64,000 nucleotides of DNA from a virus. Below the pieces are notes generated by a model, which did no database searches, was not told the origin of the DNA, and worked only from the letters and a program-made list of their open reading frames with translations. Below are positions 31,839-41,908 of the stretch, one piece after another. Made by a program: the position numbers and the translations under genes. Each line of letters starts with the position of its first letter. The stretch's first letter is position 1. The stretch lies in IMG/VR virus record IMGVR_UViG_3300022602_000051, positions 33,957-97,956 of that record; one strand, 5' to 3'.

Positions 31839-32680
31839 GTCGAGGATTTTTATGCATTGCACAGAATAGCAGCGAAACTGATTACTTGCGCATGGCATAT
31901 CTGCAAGCATTAAGTTGCAAGATAACACAATATGCACATCGCAATAGTTTTAGTGTTATTGTTGACCGTGAAACTGCTGATTGTATTGAGCAAAAACATA
32001 TTGATGTATTTGATAATATCATTGTTTTAAAAGATGACCTTGCGCAAAACAGCAAAGTTAAAATGCAAAATGAGTGCCAGGTTTTTAACTACAGTCCTTA
32101 TAAACAAACAATTAAAACCGAAGCAGATATGCTTTTTACAGCCAATTATGATTCTATTTGGGATCATTGGGCTTTTGACAAGTTCCACTTTTGCACCCAT
32201 GTTTATACATATGATGGACATTTAATCAAAGACCGTAGTCAGCGTCAATTGTTTGATGATAGCCTGTTGCCTGATGTGTATAGTGCTTGGACATACTTTA
32301 CATATAATTTGGAATGTAAAGAATTTTATGATACAATGCGTTTAATTATAGATGATTGGGATTATTATCGTGACAGCTATCTTGTAAATTGTCGCTATGA
32401 TGAACCACGAACCGATGAAGTATATGCGCTTGCTTGTAAAATATTAGATATACCTTATAAAGGAAGCGGTTATGGTTTCTTACATATGAAACCAAAATTA
32501 CAAAGACTTGGATCACATCAGTCATGGGTTGAACAGTTAGATTTAGATATTAATGCAGACTTAAATGTAACTATTGGTGGTTATAGACAAAATAAACCGT
32601 TGCATTATGTAGAAAAAACCTTTGTTACAGACGAACTATTAGACAAATATGAATATGGATTTAAACGAACAAGAGATTAA
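31835..32680 (+). CDS. GT-A glycosyltransferase-like protein (paralogous to the previous gene)
   Basis: SPYKQTIKTEADM (ExD)...YSAWTYF...TDEVYAL...HMKP...LHY. Confidence 0.6.
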   Translation: MSRGFLCIAQNSSETDYLRMAYLQALSCKITQYAHRNSFSVIVDRETADCIEQKHIDVFDNIIVLKDDLAQNSKVKMQNECQVFNYSPYKQTIKTEADMLFTANYDSIWDHWAFDKFHFCTHVYTYDGHLIKDRSQRQLFDDSLLPDVYSAWTYFTYNLECKEFYDTMRLIIDDWDYYRDSYLVNCRYDEPRTDEVYALACKILDIPYKGSGYGFLHMKPKLQRLGSHQSWVEQLDLDINADLNVTIGGYRQNKPLHYVEKTFVTDELLDKYEYGFKRTRD

Positions 32681-32879
32681 AGAATGGTGGGATGAGTTTG
32701 AGCGTGAACTTTGCACAATGGTTAAACCCAATGACCCAAATCCACCACACAAACCAATAATGGAACCACCCAAACCACCATCTTGGAAGCGTGGCAATAC
32801 GTATTATACATTAGCAAATGACCGCCAGTTTCCTGTAGAACCTGATCACCCAAATGCCATAGGCTGGAATTATGACTGA
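32649..32879 (+). CDS. Small Pro-rich hypothetical protein
   Basis: 76-aa ORF filling the gap between the two flanking genes and overlapping both. Confidence 0.55.
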   Translation: MNMDLNEQEIKEWWDEFERELCTMVKPNDPNPPHKPIMEPPKPPSWKRGNTYYTLANDRQFPVEPDHPNAIGWNYD

Positions 32880-33810
32880 ATTAGTTGATATAAGTGAATT
32901 AGATTGTATTTTTTTAAGTTACAAAGAACCAAATGCCGATAGCAATTGGGCATATTTGCGCTCTTTTGTGCCGTGGGCAAAGCGTGTGCATGGCATAGAA
33001 GGCAGTGATGCAGCACATAAAGCTGCTGCCGCTGCAAGTGACACAGAACGCTTTATTCTTATTGATGGAGATAATCAACCAGACCCAGAGTTTTTTAATC
33101 AGCAATTGCGTATTAATCAAACAAATGAACGTTGCGTGTTTCGTTGGCGAGCCAGAAATATTATCAATGGATTATGTTATGGGAATGGTGGAATCAGCAG
33201 TTGGACAAAAACTTTTGTAAACAATATGCGAACACATGAAGCCAGCGAAGGCGATGCTGACACAGTTGTAGAGTTTTGTTTTGATGACAACTATTGGGCA
33301 ATGCATGATGTATGGAGCACTACATTGCCAAACTCATCACCACAACAAGCATGGCAAGCTGGATTCCGTGAAGGTGTAAAATTATGTCTTGATCGTGGTC
33401 GTCGCCCCACACCAGAAGAATTTGAAAGTGCAACTTGGGTAGGCAACAGAACTAATTTGGTAATTTGGGCAACGGTTGGCAGTGATGTTGAGTTTGGTAA
33501 ATGGGCGATAATGGGTGCTCGTCAAGGTGCCTATATGACCATGTTTGTTGATGAATGGGATTATCGCGAAGTTCGTGATTTTAAAAAACTTGATGACTTG
33601 TGGCAAAATACAACGGATGATGGATTACAAAGAAGCGAAAATTATGCAAATATATTGCGTAAACGTCTAAATCTTGATATAATTAGCATGTCGCCTGAAC
33701 AAAGTTCTTGGTATAAAAAGCATCAACGAGCATACCAAAACATTGATATCATGCTTCCAGAAAGAGATGTAGGAAATGTCATTAGAAGCGCGGCTAGACA
33801 ACTCTGGTGA
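32872..33810 (+). CDS. GT-A glycosyltransferase-like protein
   Basis: IFLSYKEPNA...RVHGIEGSDAAHKAAA...FILIDGDN (DxD)...YGNGG...AGFREG. Confidence 0.65.
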   Translation: MTELVDISELDCIFLSYKEPNADSNWAYLRSFVPWAKRVHGIEGSDAAHKAAAAASDTERFILIDGDNQPDPEFFNQQLRINQTNERCVFRWRARNIINGLCYGNGGISSWTKTFVNNMRTHEASEGDADTVVEFCFDDNYWAMHDVWSTTLPNSSPQQAWQAGFREGVKLCLDRGRRPTPEEFESATWVGNRTNLVIWATVGSDVEFGKWAIMGARQGAYMTMFVDEWDYREVRDFKKLDDLWQNTTDDGLQRSENYANILRKRLNLDIISMSPEQSSWYKKHQRAYQNIDIMLPERDVGNVIRSAARQLW

Positions 33811-35212
33811 TGTTGCCACAGTAAACAGTGATAAAACTCTTAAAAGTGATTTTTTATCGGCTGCTGAGCAAATGCAACAGAAACTTGGACATGCTCTTTG
33901 CCTTGCAAAGTGGCAGCAAACCAGTTTACATTTAACAACTGGTCATACAAATAGTTGCTATCACCCACCACTACACAGGATTAATGCAGATGATCTCACC
34001 GATAACCCCAGTGCGCTACACAACACTGAACACAAAAAGGCACAAAGGCAGAAGATGCTACGGGGCGAGCAACCAGAAGAATGTAGTTATTGCTGGCGAG
34101 TCGAAGCAACAGGAAACCTTAGTGACCGTCACTACCGAAGCGGCGAAACATGGGCTGCCGAGCATTACGATACAATTATTGCTCGCGACCCTACTACTTG
34201 GAATGTTAATCCTGCTTATGTAGAAGTAAATTTTAGCAATGTATGTAATCTACAGTGCAGCTATTGTTCACCGCAGTTTAGCAGTGCCTGGCAAAAGGAA
34301 ATAAATGAATACGGTGCTTATCCTACTTCTAATCTCCACAATAGCCCTACTTACTTTAGGGGTGATCGTAAACCTATACCAAATCGCGAAGATAATCCTT
34401 ATGTTGATGCGTTCTGGCGATGGTGGCCCGAACTCTACCCAAACCTAAAACATTTTCGCATGACAGGCGGAGAACCGCTATTAGATAAAAATACCTATCG
34501 TGTATTTGATTATGTTTTGGATAATCCTAAAAAAGATTTGCATCTTAACGTCACAAGCAACTTTAGCCAAGATGAATATGTGTTTGACAAGTATTTGACT
34601 TATGTAAAACACATGTGTAGAAATGGTGTATTAGAACACTTTATGCAATTTGTTAGTATTGATGGTTACGGTGAGCGTGGTGAATATGGTCGTCATGGTT
34701 TAGATTTTGAACTCATGAAAAGGAATGTAGAACGGTTTTTAACTGAAGTTCCTAGTCGCAATAGCGTTACATTTATTATTACAATGAATGTTCTCAATAT
34801 AACAAGCCTCAAAGAATTGATGCAATGGATACTTGAACTTCGTGCAAAATATAGCACAACATATCAGCGTGTTTGGTTTGATACACCTATCTTGCGTGAA
34901 CCAGCTTGGCAATGTATTGATATACTACCTGAAAGTTATGCATGGTTTTTACAAAATGTCGTGCACTGGATGCAACCAAAAACTGAAACACTAGATACAC
35001 GATTTAATGGATTCAAAGATTATGAAGTTGTAAAACTACAGCGTGTAGTAGATTGGATGCACGAACATCGTCGTGAAGATACTAAAACAATGGCAGATTT
35101 TTATCGTTTCTTTAACGAACATGATGCTCGTCGCAAAACTTATTTTTTGAAAACCTTTCCAGAAATGAGTGATTGGTATAACACTTGCAAATATTGGGCT
35201 GATAATGTATAA
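33776..35212 (+). CDS. Radical SAM protein with N-terminal twitch-like Cys domain (1)
   Basis: CNLQCSYC; TGGEP; N-terminal CLAKW...SCYHP...CSYCW. Confidence 0.9.
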   Translation: MSLEARLDNSGDVATVNSDKTLKSDFLSAAEQMQQKLGHALCLAKWQQTSLHLTTGHTNSCYHPPLHRINADDLTDNPSALHNTEHKKAQRQKMLRGEQPEECSYCWRVEATGNLSDRHYRSGETWAAEHYDTIIARDPTTWNVNPAYVEVNFSNVCNLQCSYCSPQFSSAWQKEINEYGAYPTSNLHNSPTYFRGDRKPIPNREDNPYVDAFWRWWPELYPNLKHFRMTGGEPLLDKNTYRVFDYVLDNPKKDLHLNVTSNFSQDEYVFDKYLTYVKHMCRNGVLEHFMQFVSIDGYGERGEYGRHGLDFELMKRNVERFLTEVPSRNSVTFIITMNVLNITSLKELMQWILELRAKYSTTYQRVWFDTPILREPAWQCIDILPESYAWFLQNVVHWMQPKTETLDTRFNGFKDYEVVKLQRVVDWMHEHRREDTKTMADFYRFFNEHDARRKTYFLKTFPEMSDWYNTCKYWADNV

Positions 35213-36233
35213 ATTTCCTATTTGGCATTGGCATATTGAAAATAGCAGTATATGTAGTTTGCGATGCCCACGCTGTCCACGTGTGGAAATACCCGATACT
35301 TTAGTCCAAACAAGTCTAAGTTTAGATTTTTTTAAAAAAAATTTTAACCCTGGCTTTTTGCAAGAGGTTTGGCAAATTAGTTTCTGTGGCGATGATGGTG
35401 ATCCAATTTACGGTAAAGAATTTTTAGAAATAATTGAATATCTTAAAATTACTAAACCTAATTTAAGTCTTCGTATTATTACAAACGGCAGTTATCGTAA
35501 CGAAGCATGGTGGAAAAAACTTGCAGCAAATTTAAATCAATATGATGAAATCCATTTTAGTTTAGATGGATGGGATCAACAAAGCAATGAAAAATATCGC
35601 ATCAATAGTAACTGGGATAGTATTAAAACTGCCGTTAAAACTGTCAGAGAAAATAGTAATGTTATCCTCACTTGGGCTGCTATTGTTTTTAAATATAATC
35701 AATATGATATTATGACGATGAAGGATTTAGCTACTAAATGGAATTTTGATATATTTCAAATTACATACAGCACTAAATTTGGTAGCAAATACTGTAATTA
35801 TAATATTGAAGGCAGTGATGATTTAGAACCCGCTCAACAATATATTGCAAAAGGACATCGTTTTGAACGTCAAATAATAAATCTCACTAATAGAAAATTA
35901 TTAGATAACGGTAAAAATTTAATTAATACAGATTTATATACTAATATTAATCGTGACAGCGATATTATTCCATTATGTAAAATTGGTAACAAGGGTCTTT
36001 ATATAAGCAGTGACGGCTATTTCTATCCTTGTTGTTGGATGGCAAATAGGTATAATCACACTCGTTGGCAAGAGTTTCGACAACCACAATATAATTTGAA
36101 TACAAGAAATATTGGTGATATATTAAAAGATGAAATGTGGGACGATTTTTTTAATAGTTTAAACAATTACGATGAATGTAAAAATAAATGCTGTTCACAA
36201 AATTTTAATAAAGGATACGCAACATCGTGGTAA
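35205..36233 (+). CDS. Radical SAM protein with C-terminal SPASM/twitch domain (2)
   Basis: CSLRCPRC; CGDDGDP; TNG; SLDG; C-terminal PLC...DGYFYPCCW...CKNKCC. Start set to ATG 35205. Confidence 0.9.
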   Translation: MYKFPIWHWHIENSSICSLRCPRCPRVEIPDTLVQTSLSLDFFKKNFNPGFLQEVWQISFCGDDGDPIYGKEFLEIIEYLKITKPNLSLRIITNGSYRNEAWWKKLAANLNQYDEIHFSLDGWDQQSNEKYRINSNWDSIKTAVKTVRENSNVILTWAAIVFKYNQYDIMTMKDLATKWNFDIFQITYSTKFGSKYCNYNIEGSDDLEPAQQYIAKGHRFERQIINLTNRKLLDNGKNLINTDLYTNINRDSDIIPLCKIGNKGLYISSDGYFYPCCWMANRYNHTRWQEFRQPQYNLNTRNIGDILKDEMWDDFFNSLNNYDECKNKCCSQNFNKGYATSW

Positions 36234-37588
36234 CAAGCAAACAACCAGATGAATCATTTTTAAAATATAAAAAACGTGTTCTGGATACCAAAAGTGCATC
36301 ATTCTGTGGTGCAAAGTGGTATAATGCAACTATTTGGTTAGGTAGCGGCCAAACAACAAGTTGCCACCATCCACTTCCACATCAAGTAACTGTGGAACAA
36401 GTATTAGCTAATCCATCGGCATTGCACAATACACCGCAAAAAAAAGAACAGCGTGCGCAAATGCAACGTGGTGAAAGACCCACTGGTTGTGAATATTGTT
36501 GGCGAATTGAAGATAGTAGTTCAACTGCTATAAGTGATCGTCCATATAAAAGTATGATATACAGTGAAGAAGAATTGCATGATGCTTTTGTTCTTCCATC
36601 GGATAGCGATGTAAATCTTCGCACATTGGAGATAGCCTTTGACCGCACTTGTAATTTTGCCTGTTCTTATTGTAATCCTGCTTTTAGCACAACTTGGGTT
36701 CGAGATATTAAGTCTAATGGTCCATATAGTAATCTGGTTAGTGACGGTCGCAATCATTTTACTCATACCCATGATTCTAGTCAGCTTTATGGTTATAGCG
36801 ATACTAACCCATATGTAGAAGCTTTCTTTAAATGGTGGGAAAGTGATTTGCATAAAACACTACGAGAACTTCGCATTACTGGTGGTGAGCCACTTATGAG
36901 TGGGCACACTTGGAAACTGCTCGAATGGTTTAAAGAAAATCGTGGCAAAAGCCAAACAAAGTTAGCCATCAACAGTAATCTTGGCATGGATAGTAAAAAA
37001 TTAAATGAATTTATAGAAGCTATTCGTGATATTCCTCACGTGGAAATTTATACAAGTTGTGAAGCATTTGGAAATCAAGCAGAGTATATTCGCAATGGTT
37101 TAAATTATAAGCAATGGTTTGATAATTTAGTTACACTTCATAGCAGCGGTGTAATTAAACAATTGCATGTTATGGCAACTATTAATGGCTTGTGCTTATT
37201 GTCACTTCCTCAATTTTTAAAACACATGATGGATTTTAAAATAGGTCGAGGTAAAAATTCATTAACCTTTACTCTTAATATTTTACGATTTCCTAGTTTT
37301 CAAAGCCCTACAGTTATGCCAGTTGAGGTTCGTGAAAAATGCGCAACTGAACTTGAAAGTTTTTTAAATAGTTATGAACACGGTAATTATTTGCATCAGA
37401 TGGAAATTGAACATGTTAAGCGATTGATTGAATATCTTCGCAAAGTTGAAACCCCACACGAAAACGCAAGTGAACTGGGTATATTAGAAAAAGATTTTAA
37501 AAATTTTTATGAACAATATGATGCTCGTCGTAATAAAAATTTTATAGAAACATTTGCAGATTTGGAAGATTGGTATCGTGGTTTATAA
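36227..37588 (+). CDS. Radical SAM protein with N-terminal twitch-like domain (3)
   Basis: CNFACSYC; TGGEP; N-terminal FCGAKW...SCHHP...CEYCW. Confidence 0.9.
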   Translation: MVTSKQPDESFLKYKKRVLDTKSASFCGAKWYNATIWLGSGQTTSCHHPLPHQVTVEQVLANPSALHNTPQKKEQRAQMQRGERPTGCEYCWRIEDSSSTAISDRPYKSMIYSEEELHDAFVLPSDSDVNLRTLEIAFDRTCNFACSYCNPAFSTTWVRDIKSNGPYSNLVSDGRNHFTHTHDSSQLYGYSDTNPYVEAFFKWWESDLHKTLRELRITGGEPLMSGHTWKLLEWFKENRGKSQTKLAINSNLGMDSKKLNEFIEAIRDIPHVEIYTSCEAFGNQAEYIRNGLNYKQWFDNLVTLHSSGVIKQLHVMATINGLCLLSLPQFLKHMMDFKIGRGKNSLTFTLNILRFPSFQSPTVMPVEVREKCATELESFLNSYEHGNYLHQMEIEHVKRLIEYLRKVETPHENASELGILEKDFKNFYEQYDARRNKNFIETFADLEDWYRGL

Positions 37589-38849
37589 TTATAATGGCAA
37601 GGAACCAATAAAAATTTCTGTTGAAGACTTAAATGATAAGCATAAAAAACTTATATTTGAAAACAAAACATTTTGTATGTATCCGTGGATTCATCTACAT
37701 GCTTTTCCAACAGGTGAAGCATACCCTTGCTGTAACACAGAAATGAGTGAAACAGTAGGCAACACACGTTATGATACACTTGAAGAAATATGGAACAGCG
37801 CACCAATGCGCGATGTTCGTAACAAAATGTTAGCTGGTGAAAAGATTACAGGCTGCGCACGTTGTTATGAACAAGAGGATAACGGTTTTTTTAGTATGCG
37901 CACGAGTGCCAATAAACACTTTGGTCATCATATTGCACTGACCGATAATCCTAACCCACCAATGAAGATGATTTATTGGGATATTCGTTTCTCTAATCTT
38001 TGCAATCTTCGTTGCCGCAGTTGTGGTCATATTTTTAGCAGTAATTGGTATGATGACCAGGTTAAACTTGCTGGTCCTGAATGGGCAAGTCGCAATACTC
38101 GCATCAACTTTGCTGGCCGTAGTGAAGATGATATTTGGGAACAATTAGAACCACAAATTGATAACCTTGAACAAGTATATTTTGCTGGCGGTGAACCACT
38201 TATTATGGAAGAACATTATCGTCTTCTTAATGAGTTGATTAAGCGTGGTCGCACGGATGTTCGATTAATTTACAACACTAACTTTAATCAATTATCCTAT
38301 AAAAAAACAAATGTGTTAGAATTGTGGCGAGAATTTGATTCGGTAAGCGTGGGCGCAAGTCTTGATGCTATGGGCGCACATGCTGAATATATCCGCAAAG
38401 GAACTAAGTGGTCACAAGTTGAACAAAACCGTGAACAGATGCTGCAAATTTGTCCAAAGGTTGATTTTTATATAAGTCCAACCCTAAGCATTATGAACGC
38501 ACTGCATCTGCCACAGTTTCACCGTGAATGGGTCAATCGTGGTTTCTTAAAACCACAAGATTTAAATATTAACATACTTCAAGACCCTCCGCATTATCGC
38601 ATTGATGCACTACCACACCAATATAAAGTGGATATACAAGAAGCATACGCAGAACATATTGATTGGCTTAAACCGCAAGATCACCTTAAACGAGCAACAA
38701 CTGGATTTGAAAGTGCTATTAAATTCATGATGGGCGATGACAAGTCACATCTATTGCAGCAATTCAAAGAAAAAACCGCACAGTTAGATGCAATTAGGAA
38801 TGAAAATATATTGGATGCTATTCCTGAATTAGGATGCTTATATGAATAA
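37578..38849 (+). CDS. Radical SAM protein with N-terminal twitch-like domain (4)
   Basis: FCMYPW...PCC...CARCY; CNLRCRSC; AGGEP. GTG 37578 is the probable start. Confidence 0.9.
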   Translation: MVYNYNGKEPIKISVEDLNDKHKKLIFENKTFCMYPWIHLHAFPTGEAYPCCNTEMSETVGNTRYDTLEEIWNSAPMRDVRNKMLAGEKITGCARCYEQEDNGFFSMRTSANKHFGHHIALTDNPNPPMKMIYWDIRFSNLCNLRCRSCGHIFSSNWYDDQVKLAGPEWASRNTRINFAGRSEDDIWEQLEPQIDNLEQVYFAGGEPLIMEEHYRLLNELIKRGRTDVRLIYNTNFNQLSYKKTNVLELWREFDSVSVGASLDAMGAHAEYIRKGTKWSQVEQNREQMLQICPKVDFYISPTLSIMNALHLPQFHREWVNRGFLKPQDLNINILQDPPHYRIDALPHQYKVDIQEAYAEHIDWLKPQDHLKRATTGFESAIKFMMGDDKSHLLQQFKEKTAQLDAIRNENILDAIPELGCLYE

Positions 38850-40041
38850 TATTTGTATCTTGCCATGGATTAGTATAGAAACAACACCACTTGGTCAAAT
38901 GCGTGTGTGTTGTCTTGCAAATGAAAATATTAGTGATAGTGATGGCAATGATTTGCTAATTGAAAATACCACATTATCATCTGCATTTAACAGTCAATAT
39001 ATGATTGACCTTCGCAAATCTTTTTTGAATGGTGAGAAGCCATCTGTATGCAATCGTTGTTGGAGTGAAGAAGAAAGCGGCAGAACAAGCAAACGCCAAA
39101 ACAGTTATAATCGCCTTGGTAATCTTGTACGACATATTGATTTTAGCAATCCAGATAGCGGTGATTTAATTTTCCTTGATTTAAAATTAGGCAATATCTG
39201 TAATCTTAAGTGTCGCATATGCGGAAGCTTTAGCAGTTCTAAATGGGCGCAAGAAGAAATTGAAATCAATAAAGAATACCAAAGTGAATATCATAGACCA
39301 GCAAAGGACTTTTTAAGACAAGGACAATGGCCTCGTCAAGTATCCGCTTTCTGGAATGATTTAGATACACTTTTGCCACACATTCGCTATTTGGAATTTA
39401 CAGGCGGCGAACCATTCTTAATCGCAGAACATTTTGATTTCTTGCGCCAAGCTATCAATCTTGGCGTTGCTGAAAATATTGAAATACATTATAATACAAA
39501 TGGCACACAATTTCCTGAACACGCAATAGATATTTGGAAACATTTTAAGCTTGTAGAAATTGCACTAAGCATAGATGACTTAGGCGATAGATTTGAATAT
39601 CAACGCTATGGCGCTAAATGGGATATTGTGCAAACAAACTTACAAAAATTTAGAGAATTGCGCGATAGCAACAAAAATATTGTGCTACAATTATGCTTAA
39701 CTGTAAATGCTTTAAATTTTTATTATATAGATGAAATATTAAATTGGGTTCCACACCAAATGTTCAACTATCATTATCTTAATGTAGTCCATGATCCACC
39801 ACATTTTTGTGTAAAGAATCTTAATGATGCTGCTAAAGAAATGATAACAAGTAAAATTTCACAAGCTAATATACCATCAATATTTGCAGATGAAATAAAG
39901 AATTTATTGCAGTTTATGAATAGTGGCAGTGGCACCGATTGCAAATATCTTATACAAGTATTGCGTGATAGTGATAAATTTCGCAAGCAACATCTTGCAG
40001 ATCACCATCCAGAGTTAGCGGCAGCAATAGGTTATGATTAA
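38842..40041 (+). CDS. Radical SAM protein with N-terminal twitch-like domain (5)
   Basis: ICILPW...VCC...CNRCW; CNLKCRIC; TGGEP; YNTNG. Confidence 0.9.
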   Translation: MNNICILPWISIETTPLGQMRVCCLANENISDSDGNDLLIENTTLSSAFNSQYMIDLRKSFLNGEKPSVCNRCWSEEESGRTSKRQNSYNRLGNLVRHIDFSNPDSGDLIFLDLKLGNICNLKCRICGSFSSSKWAQEEIEINKEYQSEYHRPAKDFLRQGQWPRQVSAFWNDLDTLLPHIRYLEFTGGEPFLIAEHFDFLRQAINLGVAENIEIHYNTNGTQFPEHAIDIWKHFKLVEIALSIDDLGDRFEYQRYGAKWDIVQTNLQKFRELRDSNKNIVLQLCLTVNALNFYYIDEILNWVPHQMFNYHYLNVVHDPPHFCVKNLNDAAKEMITSKISQANIPSIFADEIKNLLQFMNSGSGTDCKYLIQVLRDSDKFRKQHLADHHPELAAAIGYD

Positions 40042-40520
40042 ATTTGTTGTTTTCTTTTAGCCCAATTAGCACGATGTTTCGCTTTTGTTTCTTCGCTTCT
40101 TTTTTGACCTAACATTGATTTTCTAAGTTTTTCTTTTTGTTCTTCGGACATCTTTATTCCTTTACGATTAGAAACTCTGCCTTTGAGAGATTTGCTTTGT
40201 TTCTCTAATGTTTCTTTTGTAGGTTTATATCCACTTGAACCTTCGCCGCCATCTGTTAGATTTAATAATCTACCAGTTCCTATATTTTCTCTGCCGTAAT
40301 ATTCAATTAATAACTTTTCTATAAGAAATGCTTGATTTTCTGTAAGATTCTAATATAATAATTTTATTCTACTTTTATCTTGCGGCGGCGGTATTCTTTT
40401 ATCTTTTCTAAACGCTCTTCTGCCTTTTCCCTTGCCGATATAATAAAAAGAAGAATCGGATTTTCTTATGTAGGCATAAACATAATAAATTTGCGAGGAT
40501 TGCTCGTTATTAAATACCAT
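40038..40520 (-). pseudogene. Free-standing GIY-YIG homing endonuclease with NUMOD3-like tail, interrupted by an in-frame TAG (codon 57, 40350-40352)
   Basis: YYVYAY...YYIGKGKGRR. The frame continues past the TAG as NLTENQAFLIEKLLIEYYGRENIGTGRLLNLTDGGEG...MSEEQKEKLRKSMLGQKRSEETKAKH to TAA at 40038. Confidence 0.85.
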
Positions 40521-40583
40521 TGCTGTGTTCCTTTTCAACATAGAGTAGGCGGGATTGCAGTCCGTGGCCTACACTATTATTTA
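40511..40583. promoter_or_regulatory. Structured endonuclease leader between two face-to-face TAAATA late promoter cores
   Basis: TAAATA on + at 40511-16 and on - at 40578-83; hairpin ATAG-A-GTAGGC...GCCTAC-A-CTAT at 40540-40577. Confidence 0.6.
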
Positions 40584-40591
40584 GGCAAATA

Positions 40592-41908
40592 ATGACAGAA
40601 AATAATAAAGAACAATTTATGGACTTCTGCCTAGCCCCATTTACGCACACATTTATTTCTCCTGTCGGTGAAAGACGCCTATGCTGCGCCTCTCGTGAAC
40701 CTGCGCAGAACTTCAAGCAGTATATTGACACTGCTGGCGGAGATGGACAATTTAATCCGCTTACATTAAAGGATTGGTGGAATGGTGAACATATTAGAGA
40801 AATTAGAAAGCAATGGTTGGCTGGTGAAGTTCCTTCTGCATGTGAAGTCTGTGATAAAAAGTTACTTAATACCTCTGTTTATCGCGATTACTTTAGTCAC
40901 TTGTTTGGTCACCTTAGAGATGATATACAGGCTAATACGGATGCTGATGGTTACACAACTTTAGAGCCTATATCGTGGGATTATCGTTACAGTAATGTCT
41001 GTAACTTTAAGTGTCGCATGTGTGGCGATATGTTAAGCAGCGCGTGGGAAGTTGAAGTTCGCAAAAATTCGATGGTTGATTTGTCTAATCCTAAGAATCA
41101 TTGGATGCAACCAAAGAACCGTCATGCTATCCGCGATTTTACACGTGATGTTGTAATACCAGAGTTTCGCCAAGCTATAGAAAACAAATCGGTGCGCGAA
41201 ATCTATTGGGTTGGTGGAGAACCACTGCTTTATGATGAACACTGGACATACATGCGCCGTATTATTGAATTAGGTTATGCAGATCAAGTTCGTGTGCGAT
41301 ACAATACAAATTTAAGTTATTGCAAGGATGGCAGTGGTAGCCTATGGGAACTCCTAAATAACTTCCCACACTGGGAAATTTGTGCAAGCTTGGATGCAAC
41401 GGGAGCAATTGGTGAATATATTAGAACTGGTCTTGACTATAATAGTTTTTTGTTCAATTTTAGAGAAGGCATTGCACACGCAAGACATAATCGTCAGATG
41501 CGCCTTGACTTTACTCTTACTACCGTTGGTCTTTTTGATGTTGAGAATATCATCGCCCTCGCTGATGAACTGAATGTTGAATTGCTAAGCAAGGTAGTGT
41601 TTGCTTTCTCGCCTGATATACTATTAAGTCCACTTGCTATGCCTTGTGATATACTGCATCCTCTTATTGAAGATATACAAAGCCGTATTAAACCACGCAT
41701 TACTCGTCGCACACAAAGCCTATGGGATGTATTAGAACACTTAAAAACTCGTCCTACATTTGCTGAACAATGGCCAGAAACATATGCAGCAGAAGCTGTA
41801 AAAGGAAAGGCGCATCTTTTAAAATTGGAATCTATCCGCAAAGATGCTAAAATAAAAATAAGTGATATCCTTACTGGTGATGTCTTAACTTGGTGGAATA
41901 GTATATGA
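40592..41908 (+). CDS. Radical SAM protein with N-terminal twitch-like domain (6)
   Basis: FCLAPF...LCC...CEVC; CNFKCRMC; VGGEP; YNTN. Confidence 0.9.
   Translation: MTENNKEQFMDFCLAPFTHTFISPVGERRLCCASREPAQNFKQYIDTAGGDGQFNPLTLKDWWNGEHIREIRKQWLAGEVPSACEVCDKKLLNTSVYRDYFSHLFGHLRDDIQANTDADGYTTLEPISWDYRYSNVCNFKCRMCGDMLSSAWEVEVRKNSMVDLSNPKNHWMQPKNRHAIRDFTRDVVIPEFRQAIENKSVREIYWVGGEPLLYDEHWTYMRRIIELGYADQVRVRYNTNLSYCKDGSGSLWELLNNFPHWEICASLDATGAIGEYIRTGLDYNSFLFNFREGIAHARHNRQMRLDFTLTTVGLFDVENIIALADELNVELLSKVVFAFSPDILLSPLAMPCDILHPLIEDIQSRIKPRITRRTQSLWDVLEHLKTRPTFAEQWPETYAAEAVKGKAHLLKLESIRKDAKIKISDILTGDVLTWWNSI

Noticed and set aside
40549-40565. Resemblance to a tRNA-Cys anticodon arm (GGATTGCAGTCC)
   Set aside because: The loop is 6 nt and the rest of a tRNA is missing; treated as part of the leader hairpin.
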